A stretch of 64,000 nucleotides of DNA from Psammoneis japonica. Taxonomy: Eukaryota. The position numbers were made by a program, and so were the translations under genes. The notes beneath the pieces are model-generated. The model searched no databases, was not told the DNA's origin, and worked only from the letters and a program-made list of their open reading frames with translations. Location: the NCBI GenBank assembly GCA_008632985.1, contig QPGO01000265.1, forward strand, positions 1 through 64,000, given 5' to 3'. Each line of letters begins with the position of its first letter. Within the stretch, counting starts at the first letter, position 1. Positions 23,050 through 36,424 of this stretch are shown here, in pieces.

Positions 23050-24065
23050 GACTTGGAACTCAACAAAAACACCTGGGCTGGCTTGCATGCGACAATGTTG
23101 GGCCATCATTGTGCATTTAATTTGTTTGGTCATGTATCCTTGGAGTTGAGCGTGATCAATCTCGCGCTCATCTCGTTGTTGGGCATGCTGCAACAGCCCT
23201 TGCATCGTTTGTGTGCAATGGCTGGACTTGGAACTCAACAATGACACCTGGATCGGCTTTTGCACAACAAGTTTGGATGACATTTGTGTGTTTTGTTTGT
23301 TTGGTTCACACGCATTTGCAGTGAGCGTGATCAATGTCGTGCTCATTCTCGTTGCTGGACGTGTTGGGGCCACTTTCGCGTCATTTGCACATGATGCCTC
23401 TGCTTCGAACTCAACAACAACACCTGGATTGGCTTTTGCACAACAAGTTTGGACAATGTTTGTGCATTTGATTTGTTTGCTTCATGTGTGTTCACAGTGA
23501 GCGTGATCAATCTCATGCTCATTCTCATTGCTGGACGTGTTGGGGCCGCTTTCGAGTCGTTTGCACACAATGCCTCTGCTTCGAACTCAACAACAACACC
23601 TGGATTGGCTTTTACACAACAAGTTTGGACAACATTTGTGCATTTGATTTGTTTGGTTCATGTGCATTTGCAGTGAGCGCGATCAATCTCGCGCTCATCC
23701 TTGTTGTTGGATGCATTGGAGCCGCTTTCGCGTCGTTTGTGCACGATTCCTTGGCTTGGAACTCAACAACAATGCATGGATTTTCTTTTGCACAACAAGT
23801 TTGGACAACATTTGTGTGTTTGCTTTGTTTGGTTCACATGTGTTTGCAGTGAGCGCGATCAATCTCGCGCTCATCCTCATTGTTGGACACGTTGGAGCCG
23901 CTTTCGCGTCGTTTGTGCATGATTCCTCGGCTTGGAACTCAACAACAATGCATGGATTTTCTTTTGCACAACAAGTTTGGACAACATTTGTGCATTTGAT
24001 TTGTTTGGTTCACATGCATTTGCAGTGAGCGAGATCAATCTCGCGCTCATCCTCGTTGTTGGACG
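23050..24065. repeat. 176-bp tandem array, about 5.8 units
   Basis: AACTCAACA anchors at ~23057, 23232, 23408, 23584, 23760, 23936. Confidence 0.92.
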
Positions 24066-24943
24066 TGCAGCACAGGGACCGCTTTTTCGTGTTGTTTGCG
24101 TGCGATGCCTCTGCTCTGCATGCATTTGCATTTCAGTCTAATTTAGGTGCTGTGATGCACAAGCAAGGAACTGTTCAGCTCTGCTAGATGGCAGCTCATT
24201 GCATTTTGTCTAGAGCTCTGCTGTGGCCATTGGCATGGTCGGGATGCTTTTTAAAGTCGCCGCCATTCGCCCTGCTTTGCACCGGTGGGTTGCGCACGCA
24301 CCGTACCGGCACATGCAGACCTGCGCACGTGCGTCCGGTCCACTTGCTTTTCTGCCCAAATGTCGCTTGACGTACAGTCTGTCCATCGAACTTGAAATGA
24401 AGAAAGGTCTACACTCCCTGGAAGTCACCACAAAAGCGTGGAAAGTGCGTTGAGTGTTGCACTGGACATGCTCGCACTTCTCAGCATAGAATCTGCTGTG
24501 GTGTTGTGTGAACAGGACATCTGAATCCACATGTTGCCCTGTCACTGTGTCCGTTGAAAAATGCTTGCTGCCCCATCAATTCAAACACATTGGATTGCTG
24601 CACAACGACTGTTTGATGCAGTCACAATTTAACGGAAGGCAGTCGCATCATGGATGCAAGATCTAGCTTGAGATGACTTGACAAAAGTTGTGGGAGAACC
24701 GAGAAGAGACCCGATCAGCGCAATCGCTGATCGGAACTGACTTCTAACGGCTTCCTGAACATCCAATGCGTCAGTTGATGTGCACACATCAGAGAGGGCA
24801 CACTCGGTCATAAAGTGCATGTGCCTGTCTCATTCACTCTTCCCCTCCATGGTGCAAGGAACACGCGCACCATTGGAACCACTTGACTAAAATTCAAACC
24901 CAGTGCGCATGGAGAAGGGAACCCAGACGTTGGGAAGGAACCC

Positions 24944-27900
24944 TCAACTCCGACACGGCACCACGCAGCGAATGTTAATTCGCTCAATGACGTGCGGTGC
25001 TCGCATCACCGAAACAGTCCCGTTGGCGTGGACTTGCACAATTCGAAATGGACCATGGGCTCGTTCTTCCAACTTTGAAGGATCCACCGACTTGATTAAC
25101 ACATCTTGACTAACTGGACAATCGCAGGAATGGCGCTTTGCATTCTGTCATCGCAGGTTCTCGTCGATCAACACTTGTTGGTTGGCTTGTGTCGCAGCAA
25201 GGTCGGAGACAACTGGTGAGTCCAAAATCACATCACGTTGAAACACTGGAGCTCCACTTGAAACACCCACAGACCTTGAGTGGGAGCATCGCAAAGCACA
25301 AGAGGCTGCAGCAAGGGCATCGTCCACAATCTGCTTGGCCTGTTGAACATTTAAAGGTGGGTTGGCGACAACCACAGCACGCAAGATGTTAGCTGCCGTC
25401 TGGTGCATTCGTTCACAAATGGAGTTGGCTGCAGGATTTTGAGACGTCGTCAGCGCATCAGCAATGCCCGCTTGATTTAGGAGCATTTGGAACTCGCAAC
25501 CAATGAATTCTCCACCATTGTCATGGATGCATCGATTCGGTCTGGGATGACGAGCTAACCAAAGATTGCGAAACTCGTCAGTCACATGCTGAGAAGTTTT
25601 GTTGTCAATGCGCACGAGTTCAGTCAATCCAGTGACAGCATCAATGCAAGCAAGAGCGCTGAATTCAATCTCTTGGTCTTGAATCGGCATTTTCCATGGT
25701 CCAATGAGATCAACCGCCACTTCCGTCCACGGAGCCAAAGGTGCTTGACGTTGAGGTAATTCTCCGCATCCAGGGCCCAGTTGTTTAAATCATTGACACG
25801 CATCGCAAACAAACTCGTTACAACGTCAATGCAATGCAGGATGACACATGTGAGTTCGAATGCTTTCGTGCAATCGCACGACTCCACAATGGCCCAATGC
25901 GTGATGGTGCCATGCAATGGCACCCGGCAACAATGCAGCAGGAACACAAATTTTCCAGGCTTCAGGCGGATCATTCAGATGCAAACGACAACAAATCAGG
26001 GGACGATGATTCACAATCTTGACCACGAACTGCTGCGGATTTTGTTGTCTTTGCTGATTCAGTTGGAGGTCTTCGAACTGGAGCTGTTGCATCCTCAGCA
26101 TCTCAGTGGGACTCGGCATTTCGTCCAGCATCGGGCAATTCAAAAAGCATTCAAACAATTCAGGCTCATCAAGCAGAGAGGAAAAGGCGGCATGAGACTC
26201 ATCAGAAGGATCAACAGGAGCACGGCAACACTTGAATCTGCAAGCGCCCAACTCCAAATCTTCTTCTTCCTCGGCTTTGCTCACTTCCTTGGAATCCAAC
26301 TTTTCAAAATGAACAATTTTTCCTTTGCGTTTGCTGCTTGGCCCAAGGCTCTTCCCCTCCAAAGGCGGATCCATGCGAGAAAAACAATTGGCGAGCACGT
26401 TGTCCTTGCCTTCGACATGCTTAAAGGCAGGTGCGAAATCTTCGAGGAATGGTCGCCAACGAAGGACGCGCTGCACATTCAAAGTGTGAAAGGTGAGATT
26501 TTTGTGATCAGTGTGAACAGTGACATCAGCACCGAGCAACATTGAGCGAAATTCCTTGAAGCACATGACGAAGGCCAGGAGTTCTTTTTCCATTGTTGAG
26601 CAATTGCGTTGAGCCGCCGAGAGCTTCTTAGACCAATGCACCACAGGTTTGCCATTTTGAACAACAGCAGTGCCCATCTGGCAGTCTGATGCATCGGTGC
26701 AGACATGGAATGGTGGGTTGTGGTCAGGGCAGGCCATCAACGCTTCCGCCGCGATCACCGCCTTCATCTCGTTGAATGCTTTCTGACATGATTCTGTCCA
26801 TTGGAACTGACTTTTGCCTGTCAATTCAGTCAGAGGTGCAAGCAGGTGAGAACGGCGAGGCCACATGTTGCGACAACAGGTTGCTGCACCGAGAAACGAC
26901 CGGAGCTGAGTAGCACCCCGTGGAGGTTGCATTCGTGGGATCACCTCGACTTTCTTTTTCCATGGTTCAATGCCAGTTGGAGCAAGCCAATGCCCTGGAA
27001 AATCAGTTTCTTGGACACACCACTTGCATTTCAACGGGTTAACTTTCAAACCATTCTCCTTGAGACGATGCAGCACCTTGTCAAGACGAGAGAGATGGCA
27101 ATCAAAGTCAGCATCAAATGCGCCAATGTCATCAACATAAGTTTCAACATCCAAACCATGCAGAATCTTTTCAACAATGGACTGAGCAATGTCCGGAGCT
27201 GGCTTTAATCCCACAGCCATGCGACAATGCTGGAGTTTCCCGCACAGAGTTGCAATCGTAGCGAGCTCCTTGCTTTCATCGTCCAATTCCAAATTGCAGT
27301 AGAACGCAGTGAGATCCAGTTTCGTGAAGAACTTGTAGCCCGCTCTCCGCTGTAGCACATCTTGAACAACTGGTGAAGGATGTGCTTTTCGCTTGAGGAC
27401 CTTGTTGAGCTCCCGAAAATCGGATGCCCATCGTGCTCAGCCGTCCTTCTTCGGAGCAATGAAGGCACCGGCTGCCCATTCCGTAGGTCCACATGGTCAA
27501 AGTGCTCCGAGATTCACTAAATGCTTCAGTTCCTTTTTGAACGCTTCTTCATTGACTCGAGCAACAGAAAATGGTTTTGAGTGATGAGGAGTGGCATTTT
27601 CATCCACTTCAAGGTGCACCTTTTCATGAGGACAATGCCCCAAAGTTCCGTCAAACAAGGTCGAATGTTTTTCCAACACCGTCAACAGCTTCTTCTTTTG
27701 CTCTTCTGTGAGATGGTCTAAGCTCCGAACCACTTCCGCTGGATTCGTTGCTTCATGCTTGGCGTCGAGCACACAGTTGTCATGTCCATCATCGCATCCA
27801 TGGTCCGACTCGTCCCTCACAATCTTCATCAAATTCATCCATTCGATCTAAAGCCACGTGCCAATTGCAGGATTTGGACCAATGACGAGGTTCCTTCATT

Positions 27901-28553
27901 GGGATCACACGGTCTAGCCATCGCAGTGTCCTTGCATCGTAGTTCAGGTTGAGACCAATCTTGTCCAAGAAATCTTTGACCCAAAATGATGTCATGCGCA
28001 CACGGAGCATCGAATGCGTGAGCCACACAGCCGTCAATCCTCCTGGTTTTGTCGAATTCCGGCAACACGATGTCGCTCAAGGCTGCCCAATGACCTGATT
28101 GGAAAGGACCTGCAACGGTTTGAAAAGCTCGGACTCCATGTTCGTCAACAGATGGTGCGGCTCCTCGAGGTAAAACTTGGGACGAAATCACAGTGTGAGA
28201 ACCACCCGAATCAAACAAAACACGCATCACACGATTCGACTCATGCGGTTGAATTGATTTTGCAACAAGTGGTGCAGATGGGACCAATGCGGCATGCGAG
28301 ACTTGCGAGCTCATTTTGGGGAGAGGAGTGTTGCACTCAAATGCATCTTGATCAAACAATCCCCCTCTTCATTCATGCAATTTTCTGCAGCATTTTCAAA
28401 TTCAATGGGCAACAATTCGTCAGGATTTTCAAAACAATCAAAAGCAAAACATTCATCATTTCATTCAGGCGAAACACAATCATTTTCTTCAACAAACACT
28501 TCTCTCACAGGCAATTGGGAGCATTCAGCTCCGGAGCATTCAGCTCCTTCTTC
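24944..28553 (-). pseudogene. pol: A2 pol (PR-RT-RH-IN), frameshifted
   Basis: FDSGGS, YVDD, TDASD, VDLIGPW, HDNGGEF, NSICER across ORFs 27835..28359, 25826..27358 and 25148..25738. Confidence 0.9.
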
Positions 28554-29798
28554 TCAAAACTGCCGAGGAAACCACCCGTCCGGCTGAAACCTCACCACAC
28601 CTCCACATCGTGGAGGGCCTCATCCGATCACATCGAAATGGTGCACATCACCACGAGGAGCTTCTCAAGCCTGGTTGTTGTTGTTCACATTGTCTGCTTG
28701 AGCAGCACATCCGTCGGCCTGTCCTTGGCCTCCACGGTTGTTGTTTTCATCACAACAATGTTGACCACCACCTTGGTTGCCATTGTTGTTTTGATTTCCG
28801 TTGTTGTTGTTACAATGGGCACCACGACCTCCTTGGTTCTGGTCACCACGGCCACCAAAGCGTCCACCGCCTCCACGGCCTTGACCACGGCCTCCTTGGA
28901 AATGACCTCCGCCTCGACCTCCACCGCCACGGCCTCCTCCTCGACCGCCATGGTTCTGAGGCCCACGACAGCTGGGGTTGTTTGGATCATCACAGCACTG
29001 GCCCCACGCATGCCTTCCATGGTGCCACGGGACCGGACATGGATCACCTGCCTTCGGTTGGCCCTCACTGTCTTTCTTGTCACGGTTGCCCTTTTTGTTG
29101 CTGGAGTTCCCTCCGTTGCCATTGCTGGACTTGCGTTTCTTGTTATCTTGACCGTCGGCAAACACCTTCTCGCTGCTCATGCAGGCTTGGACATCCACCA
29201 TAGAATCCGTAACAAGGTTCTTGCCCGCACGAATGTGGGACTGCTGCCAGGTCAAAGGGAAGGCACAAAAGATGACATTTTTCTGCTCCTGTTCTGTAAG
29301 TGCAGGAACGGTTCCAGGCAAACGGTTGGTGTGACGAAACAATGTTTCCACACGATCAATGTGAGTTTCAGATTCCGCTGAGTAAGGCTTTTTGCAAGTG
29401 GGCAAATGCATCTTCATCGTGTCGCGAGCTGTCGGTTTCACGCAGCGCAAACAACAGGTTGAGACAGCCTGATCAAATCGAGCTGCCATCCGTTGATTCT
29501 GTTGGACACCCGTGGCAATGTTCTGCCATTTTGCCTCCGCAGTTCCTTGGAGACAATCCTCGAAAGCATCAAACAATTCCGTTCCGGCATCACAATCTAG
29601 CTGTCTTGCTGCCTTCCAGAACCTGTCCTCCACGTGCAACAATGATTCAATTCCATGCTCTCCTGTGAAAATGGGACACATTTTTGAAAGTTTAGCACCA
29701 TCATCGAAGGTTTGAGTGAGCTTCACTTCCTGCAGTTCAGAATCCACGAATTTGGTTTTATGTTCAACACACGCTTTCTCCAAGGCTTCTTGATGCAT
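28554..29798 (-). pseudogene. gag: A2 gag (premature CGA>TGA at 28665)
   Basis: ORF 28665..29819 nearly identical to A1 gag. Confidence 0.85.
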
Positions 29799-30075
29799 GG
29801 CGATGAACAATTTCAGCAATCAAATGATCAACAATCCACAAGATAAACAAAATAAAACGTTCCCAATTGATCCACACAATGAGAACAATCAACAACCAAA
29901 CAATGACGAATTCAAGAATGGCAATACGAGACTCGAGTTCAAACAACCGCTGCTCCGAATTGCCAATTTCACGAGTGTAATCATGCTGCGATTCTGATTG
30001 ACTTCGAATGAAATTTTCTGCACGAGCTCGTAAATAAATTTTCTCTCTTCTCGACAACACTCTTCGCGTTGTCAT
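29764..30075 (-). CDS. Family A small membrane-protein ORF (103 aa)
   Basis: ATG-initiated, open, conserved in three copies, overlaps gag start by 35 nt. Confidence 0.65.
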   Translation of the reverse strand: MTTRRVLSRREKIYLRARAENFIRSQSESQHDYTREIGNSEQRLFELESRIAILEFVIVWLLIVLIVWINWERFILFILWIVDHLIAEIVHRHASRSLGESVC

Positions 30076-30849
30076 AAAGTTGACAATGCAATGAACAAGC
30101 TATGACAACGACTGTAATTACAGCGCAAGATCTAGCTTGAGATGACTTGATAAAAGTTGTGGGAGAACCGAGGAGAGACCCGATCAACTCAATCGCTGAT
30201 CAGAGAACACACTTCTAACGGCTTCCTGAATGTCCAATCGCTGATCGAAACTGACTTCTAACGGCTTCTTGAATGTCTAATGCGTCAGTTAACACACACA
30301 CATCAGAGAGGGCACACTCGGTCATAAAGCACATGTGCCTATCTCATTCAGTGGAAAGCATTCCAAGATTCAATTCTGTCATGGAAAGTCTTTACTTTCC
30401 ACCACGCTGTGGTGGAAAGCATTCCATGATGCCATTCTGTCGTGGAAAGTCATCAAATGTCATTGAAAGTCATCAATGACCACTCATCGTGGAAAGTCAT
30501 TTGTTAAATGTCAATGACTGGAAATGTCGTGATGTGACATCACACACTCTAAACAATGTCAAAGAGGGGTGAGCCACATTCCAACTGGCATTGCGCAATC
30601 GCGCACATGGTGAACGGTCTTGATAAGTTGTCCACGAATGCTTTCTAAAAATTGTGGGAAAAGCTGCGATTGACTGCAGCCACAGTGTTTGGGTTTCTGT
30701 CGCAGAATTTCTTTGACGTGTCAACAATCTCGGTCATTTGAATCTCCCGAATCTTGCAGCTGCTGACGCAATTATGATGTAGAAGTTTGCTTCACTCTTC
30801 CCTTCCGAGATTCATGCGAATGCTTTGAATCGCAATCCACTTGATCATG

Positions 30850-33800
30850 CCAAAGTCGATGCGGCAAAATGCGCTGAATGTTGATTCTTTCAAATGCATG
30901 AGGCGCTCTTTGCATGGTGATGTTTCCATTTACATGAACCTGTGTGATGGGAAAGGGACCAAAAGATCTTTCTTCCAATTTGGTGGGATCATCTGTTTTG
31001 ACCAAAATTTGTTGCCCGACACGACAGTCAAAAAAGCGTCTTTTGAGATTTTGCCAACGCAAGTCATCATCAATCAACACTTGCCGACGATTCTGAGTGG
31101 CAATTAAATCTGCAATGAGAGGCAAATCAAGGAACATGTCTCTCTGGCAGATGAGAGCTCCTGGCGAAATCCCCAAAACTCTTGAGGTGGCGCATCGTAA
31201 ACCATGCATGGTTGTGGCCAATGCATTGTCAATGATGTGTTGAGCCTCTGTCATGTTGTAAGGAGGATGTCCCCTGACTGTGGTTTGAATGATGTTGCCA
31301 GCTGTTTTGTGCATTCTTTTGCAAATGGCGTTGGCTTGAGGATTTCCAGTGGTGGTTTCCACATCTTTGATTCCAGCCCTCGCCAACAGAATCTGAAATG
31401 GCTCACCAATGAATTCACCGCCCTTGTCATGGATGCAGCGGTTTGGCTTCAGATGTCTCGCCAACCAACAATTAGCAAACTTCATCTGCGCATGATCTGA
31501 AGTCTTGTTTTGTCAATGCGAACCAATTCCACAAGGTTGGAAACAGTGTCAATCGCTGTCAATGCGCTAAATTCAACCTCCTGTTCTTGCACTTGTGCTT
31601 TCCAAGGACCAATTGAATCAACGGCCACTTCATCCCACGGAACTAAAGGAGCTTCTCTTGGTGGCAAGCAACCATGTCCAACTCCCCAAAGTTTGTTCCT
31701 TTGGCACACATCGCAATGATAATTTTCGACCAATGGGTGCAACGACGGATGATGGCAATGCAAATGAATCGTGTGACAGAGCTTTTGCACGCCACAATGC
31801 CCCAAAACTTGATGATGCCACCTGACCACAGGCGCCAACAAAGCAGTTGGCAAAGCAATTTTCCAATCATTTTCTTGAGCATTAATTTCAGGCCTCCAAC
31901 AAATTGATGGAACTCCACCGACGCATCGAGTCGGAAATCGAAGCGGATTCCTCTGCCGCTCTTGATTCAGCTCACAATCCTCAAACTGAAACCTTTGCAT
32001 GTCAGGACAATTCAAAGGGTGTTGCATTTCTTCCAGACTCGGACAATTCAAGAAACAATCTGCCAATTCTTGATCTTGAACGGTGCAGAATAGAGTGTTT
32101 AATTCCGGGCCCAAATTTTCCTCAAGCGACTCGTCTTCTGGAGCCACAGCAGCTGGAGGAACCGAAAAATCCACAACAGCACCTTTCGACTCCACTTTAG
32201 AAGAACTCTTCCCTTCCATGGTTTTCTCCACAGGAGGAAATCGTGAAAAGAAATCAGCCATAATGTTCTCTTTGCCTTTAACATGTTCAAACTTGGGTGC
32301 AAATTCTTCAAGAAAAAGTCGCCAGCGGAGCACTCGTTGTGCATTGAGCATCTTGAAAGTCAAATTCTTATGATCTGTGTAGACTGTCATTTCAGCTCCC
32401 AACAACATAGAGCAAAATTCCTTGAAACAAAGAACTGCGGCAAGAATTTCTTTCTCCACAGTAGAACAGTTCTTTTGAGCTGCATTGAGTTTTCGAGACC
32501 AACATGCGATCAGCTTGCCATTCTGCGTGATGACGGCACCAAGCTGACAGTTGCTGGCATCTGTGTAAATTTGAAAAGGAAGGTTATGATCGGGACAGGT
32601 GAGTGACACATCACCCACCACAATGGCCTCAATCTCCTCAAAGGATTTCTGACAAGCTGGAGTCCACTCAAAATGTTGTTTTCCGGTCAAATCAGTCCAT
32701 GGTGCCAAAACGTGAGATCGCCGAGGCCACATGTCACGACAACAAGTGACGGCTCCAACAAAAGATCTAAGTTGTGTGTGGTTCTTGGGAGGAGTGAGCT
32801 TAAGCACAGCCTCTGCTTTCTTCTTCCAAGGCTTAACACCTTCTGGAGTCATCCAATGTCCCAAAAAATCAGTTTCTTGAATGGCCCATTCGCACTTGAG
32901 TGGGTTCACTTTCAAACCGTTTTGTTCCAAACGTTGCAACGCGGCACTCAACACTGCCAAATGCTCAGACCAAACCATTGAGAAGAGACCAACATCATCA
33001 ATGAAACAATCCACATCAAGCTCATTCATCACTTCTTCAACAACTGCTTGAGCAACATCTGCTGCTGGTTTCAAACCCATCGCGAGTCGACAATGTTGAA
33101 ACTTGCCGCAAGGAGTGACAACAGTGCACAGTTCCTTGGATTCTTCGTCCAGCTCTAAAGCATGATAGAACACAGACAGATCCAACTTGGTGAAGTGCTT
33201 GCACCCTTTTCTCTTCTTGACAATGTCTTGCATTCTTGGCAAAGGATAGATTGGCCTCTTCAACGCCTTGTTGAGCGCACAAAAATCGGATGCCCATCGC
33301 ACTCGTTGATCCTTTTTAGGAATGACAAATGAAGGAGACGCCCAACAGGCAGGACCACATGGCCTCAGCACTTCTGTCTGAACCAAATGCTGAAGTTCTT
33401 TCTTGAAAACCTCTTCATGAACCTTTGGAACTGAGCATGGTCGAGCATGAACCGGAATCGTGTTAGGATCGATTTCCAAATGAACCAATTTATGTGGGTG
33501 TCGACCCAATTTTCCGTCGAACACTTTTGGGAACTTGGCCAGTGCTTGCTGCAACTCCAGTTGTTGCTCTCTTGACAGATGTGTTTGCCTCTTAGCTGCT
33601 TCTTCTGGAGATGCTGACTCACACTTGGCGTCCAGAATTTGCGCAGCGAATGCATAAAACTCGACTGCATCGATTTCTTCTTCTTCGACTTCTGGACCTG
33701 CCAAAGCAAAACAAGCATTCTCTGCATTGTCCCAAAAGGCAAGCTCTTTCACAGGTGTGGACTTGTCCAACCACTTGATTGTCCTTGATGAGAAATTTAC

Positions 33801-34344
33801 ATCAATTCCCACCTTGGTCAAAAAATACGATCCAAGAATCACGTTGCAACGACACGGTGTTTGAAACATCAGAGCTTTTTGGAAATCAATGCTTCTTGAT
33901 CTGTCAAATTCAGGTGGCATTTTTGTCTCCAAACCGACTGTTCTGTTGCTCTTCATTGGTCCTGCAGCTGCATTGCATGCTGCTGTCTTTTTTGAGCAGG
34001 CTTGGAGCAGCTCCACGTGCCAAACATCGCTCGTGAATGAGAGCAGTCGCACTGCCTGAATCAAATGATGCTCTCAACAAATGAGAAGAGTGAGCTCCAT
34101 TCATTTGTTTGCATGCAAGCACTGATGCAGGTGCCATGTCAGGATTCATGTTTTTTGTTTTGGGCACCGGCATGCCAGCACAAAGCAATCCCATCGGCTC
34201 TTCTTGATTTTTCGCGCCGTCGATTTCATGTGACAAACATGCATCACACAAAGATTCGTGTTCAATTGGTGCATTTGTGTCAACAGTGATGGTGTCGTCA
34301 ACTTCAAAGCTGACGCCAGGACTGGAGCAGCACTCCAAACTGGA
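30850..34344 (-). pseudogene. pol: F pol (PR-RT-RH-IN)
   Basis: FDSGSA (33910..34338), FIDD and YTDAS (31482..34064), HDKGGEF and NPQANAIC (30772..31485). Confidence 0.9.
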
Positions 34345-35662
34345 TCATAATCCAGGTCCTCTTAGATGTGGACCTCGTCCGACATCCGTTCCTCCTGACG
34401 TCTCGTCAGGACCTCCTGGTGGACCACAGCCTGCCATGTCGAAATGGTGCACATCTGCACCCCATTCTTGTGACTGAGCATCAGTCGGAGGAGCTCGTCG
34501 AGCCGGATGAGCATTTGGTTCTTCTGAACCGCTCTGCACCTGATTTTGATTCGCGTGAAAATTTTTGAGGCGAATTCTGCGGACCGCATCCTCGGCCCAT
34601 GCTGTTTTGGTTGTAAACACGGCCATGTCCGCCTTGACCACGTCCAAAACTGTTGTTGGGAGTGCATCCACCATTGCCACGTCCACGTCCAGCGTAGTTG
34701 GCGTTCTGAGGACCATAAAATCGACCTCCATAATTTCCTCGGCCTGGACATGGGTTTCGACCTCGTCCACAACCTGCATCTCGGCCTGCACTTGGTGAAC
34801 CTCGGCCACCTCTCTGAAAATGAGGATTTGGATTGTAATTTGGGCTCTTGGGATTCTCCTTGCAATTTCGCCACAGATGAGGCACTGCAGAATCCTTGTG
34901 CAACTGACAACAAGAATCGGGACCAAACTTCTTCCCATTCCCGGTAGACTCCGCATCTCTAGCCTTGCGCTTCTCAGTGTCATCATCAGGCTTAGCAGCA
35001 CTTTTTTGATCAGCAAATCCTTTCTCATTGACATGTGCTGAATGACATCTTCTAAAGAATCAGCACTGGTGTCTTTTCCAGCACGCACATGATTCTGTTT
35101 CCATGTCATCGGCATGCCTGTGAACACAACATTCTTGATTTGCTGCTCATTGAGCAAAGGTTCAGTTCCAGGTAGCTTGTTAGCATGACACGACATTTGA
35201 ATCATCCTGTCAGCATGCTCGTGAGGAGAATCACCAAAAGGTTTAGAAGAATTTTTCAAAAATTCAAACATCGCATCATGCGCTTGATGATCGCAATGTC
35301 GCTGATAAAAAGCGTGCGATTTCCACGTCAAACCTGGCCATGGTCCAATCTGCTTCCGCGATGCCTGAAACCAAATTGCTCCACACGTCTTGAGCATTGT
35401 CTTCTGATGCTTCTTCAAAATGGGTGAATTTTTCAGGTCCTTCATCACAATCCAAATGCTCAGCACAGTTCTCAAAACGCTCTGCAGTGTAGAGCAAGCA
35501 CTCAATGCCGCACTTGCCAGTGAACTGAGGGCACATTTTCTGTTTCTTAGTGCCATCGTCGTAGTTCTGTACGAGTTTCACTTTGTCCAAATCTCCGTGT
35601 TTGAAGGTTGGTTTGCACACAAAGCACGGTGCTCTCAGCAAAGCTCTCACCAAATGTGACAT
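34345..35662 (-). pseudogene. gag: F gag, frameshifted
   Basis: KMCPQFTGKCGIECLLY is homologous to A gag KMCPIFTGEHGIESLLH; RGG-rich tail. Confidence 0.8.
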
Positions 35663-36424
35663 TGCGTTTAAGGTAAAAGATGCACAACAAAGAAAGGAGA
35701 AGGAAAGAACAAGACACAGTGTGATCACAGTGAACGGTCTTGATGAGTTGTCCACGAATGCTTTCTAAAAATTGTGGGAAAAGCTGCGATTGACTGCAGC
35801 CACAGTTGTTTGGGTTTCTGTTGCAGAATTTCTTCGAGGTGCCAACAATCCCGGTCATTCGAATCTCCCGAATCTTGCAGCTGCTGACGTAATTATGATG
35901 CAGAAGTTCACTTCACATGGCCTCGAAGCATCATTGATGCTTCTTGATGCCGTGGCGAAACGTCTCCGAAAGGCATGCGAAGTTCTTGATGCGTGCATTG
36001 AAGGCCTCCTGACGAGACCGAGCCCGGCTCTTGTTGTTCCAAAAATCATGTTGGAAAATGGCAAGATTTACAGGCATCAAGGCGTTGCTGTGAGATCAAA
36101 ATTTTGTCACATGACCCCATTTTATGGGCATTTACACAAGCCTCAAAAGGTGGAAAGTCATCGTGGAAAGTCATGTGACTTTCCACGTCACTGAATGAGA
36201 CAGGCACATGCACTCTATGACCGAGTGTGCCCTCTCTGACACATGTGTGTTAACTGACGTACCAGACATTCAAGAAGCCGTTAGAAGTCAGTTCCGATCA
36301 GCGATTGTGCTGATCGGGTCTCTTCTCGGTTCTCTCGCAACCTGTTTTATCAAGTCATCTCAAGCTAGATCTTGCACTGTAATTACAGTCGTTGTCACAG
36401 CTTGCTCATTGCATCATCCATTTC

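Larger units (their letters stand above)
24655..30350 (-). mobile_element. Gypsy family A copy A2, full length, mutated
   Basis: LTRs 24655-24836 and 30124-30350; TSD ATGGA/GTGGA; PPT GGAGGGGAAGAG; order gag-PR-RT-RH-IN. Confidence 0.93.
30611..35915 (-). mobile_element. Gypsy family F, full length, mutated
   Basis: LTRs 30611-30794 and 35731-35915; perfect TSD CATGG; PPT GGAAGGGAAGAG. Confidence 0.93.

Noticed and set aside
23050..24065. Possible CRISPR-like array
   Set aside because: Whole 176-bp units repeat with no unique spacers, no cas genes, eukaryotic TE context
35663..35755. Signal-peptide-like hydrophobic extension of F gag
   Set aside because: Starts inside the LTR at a non-ATG codon, crosses the palindrome, and is seen in a single copy
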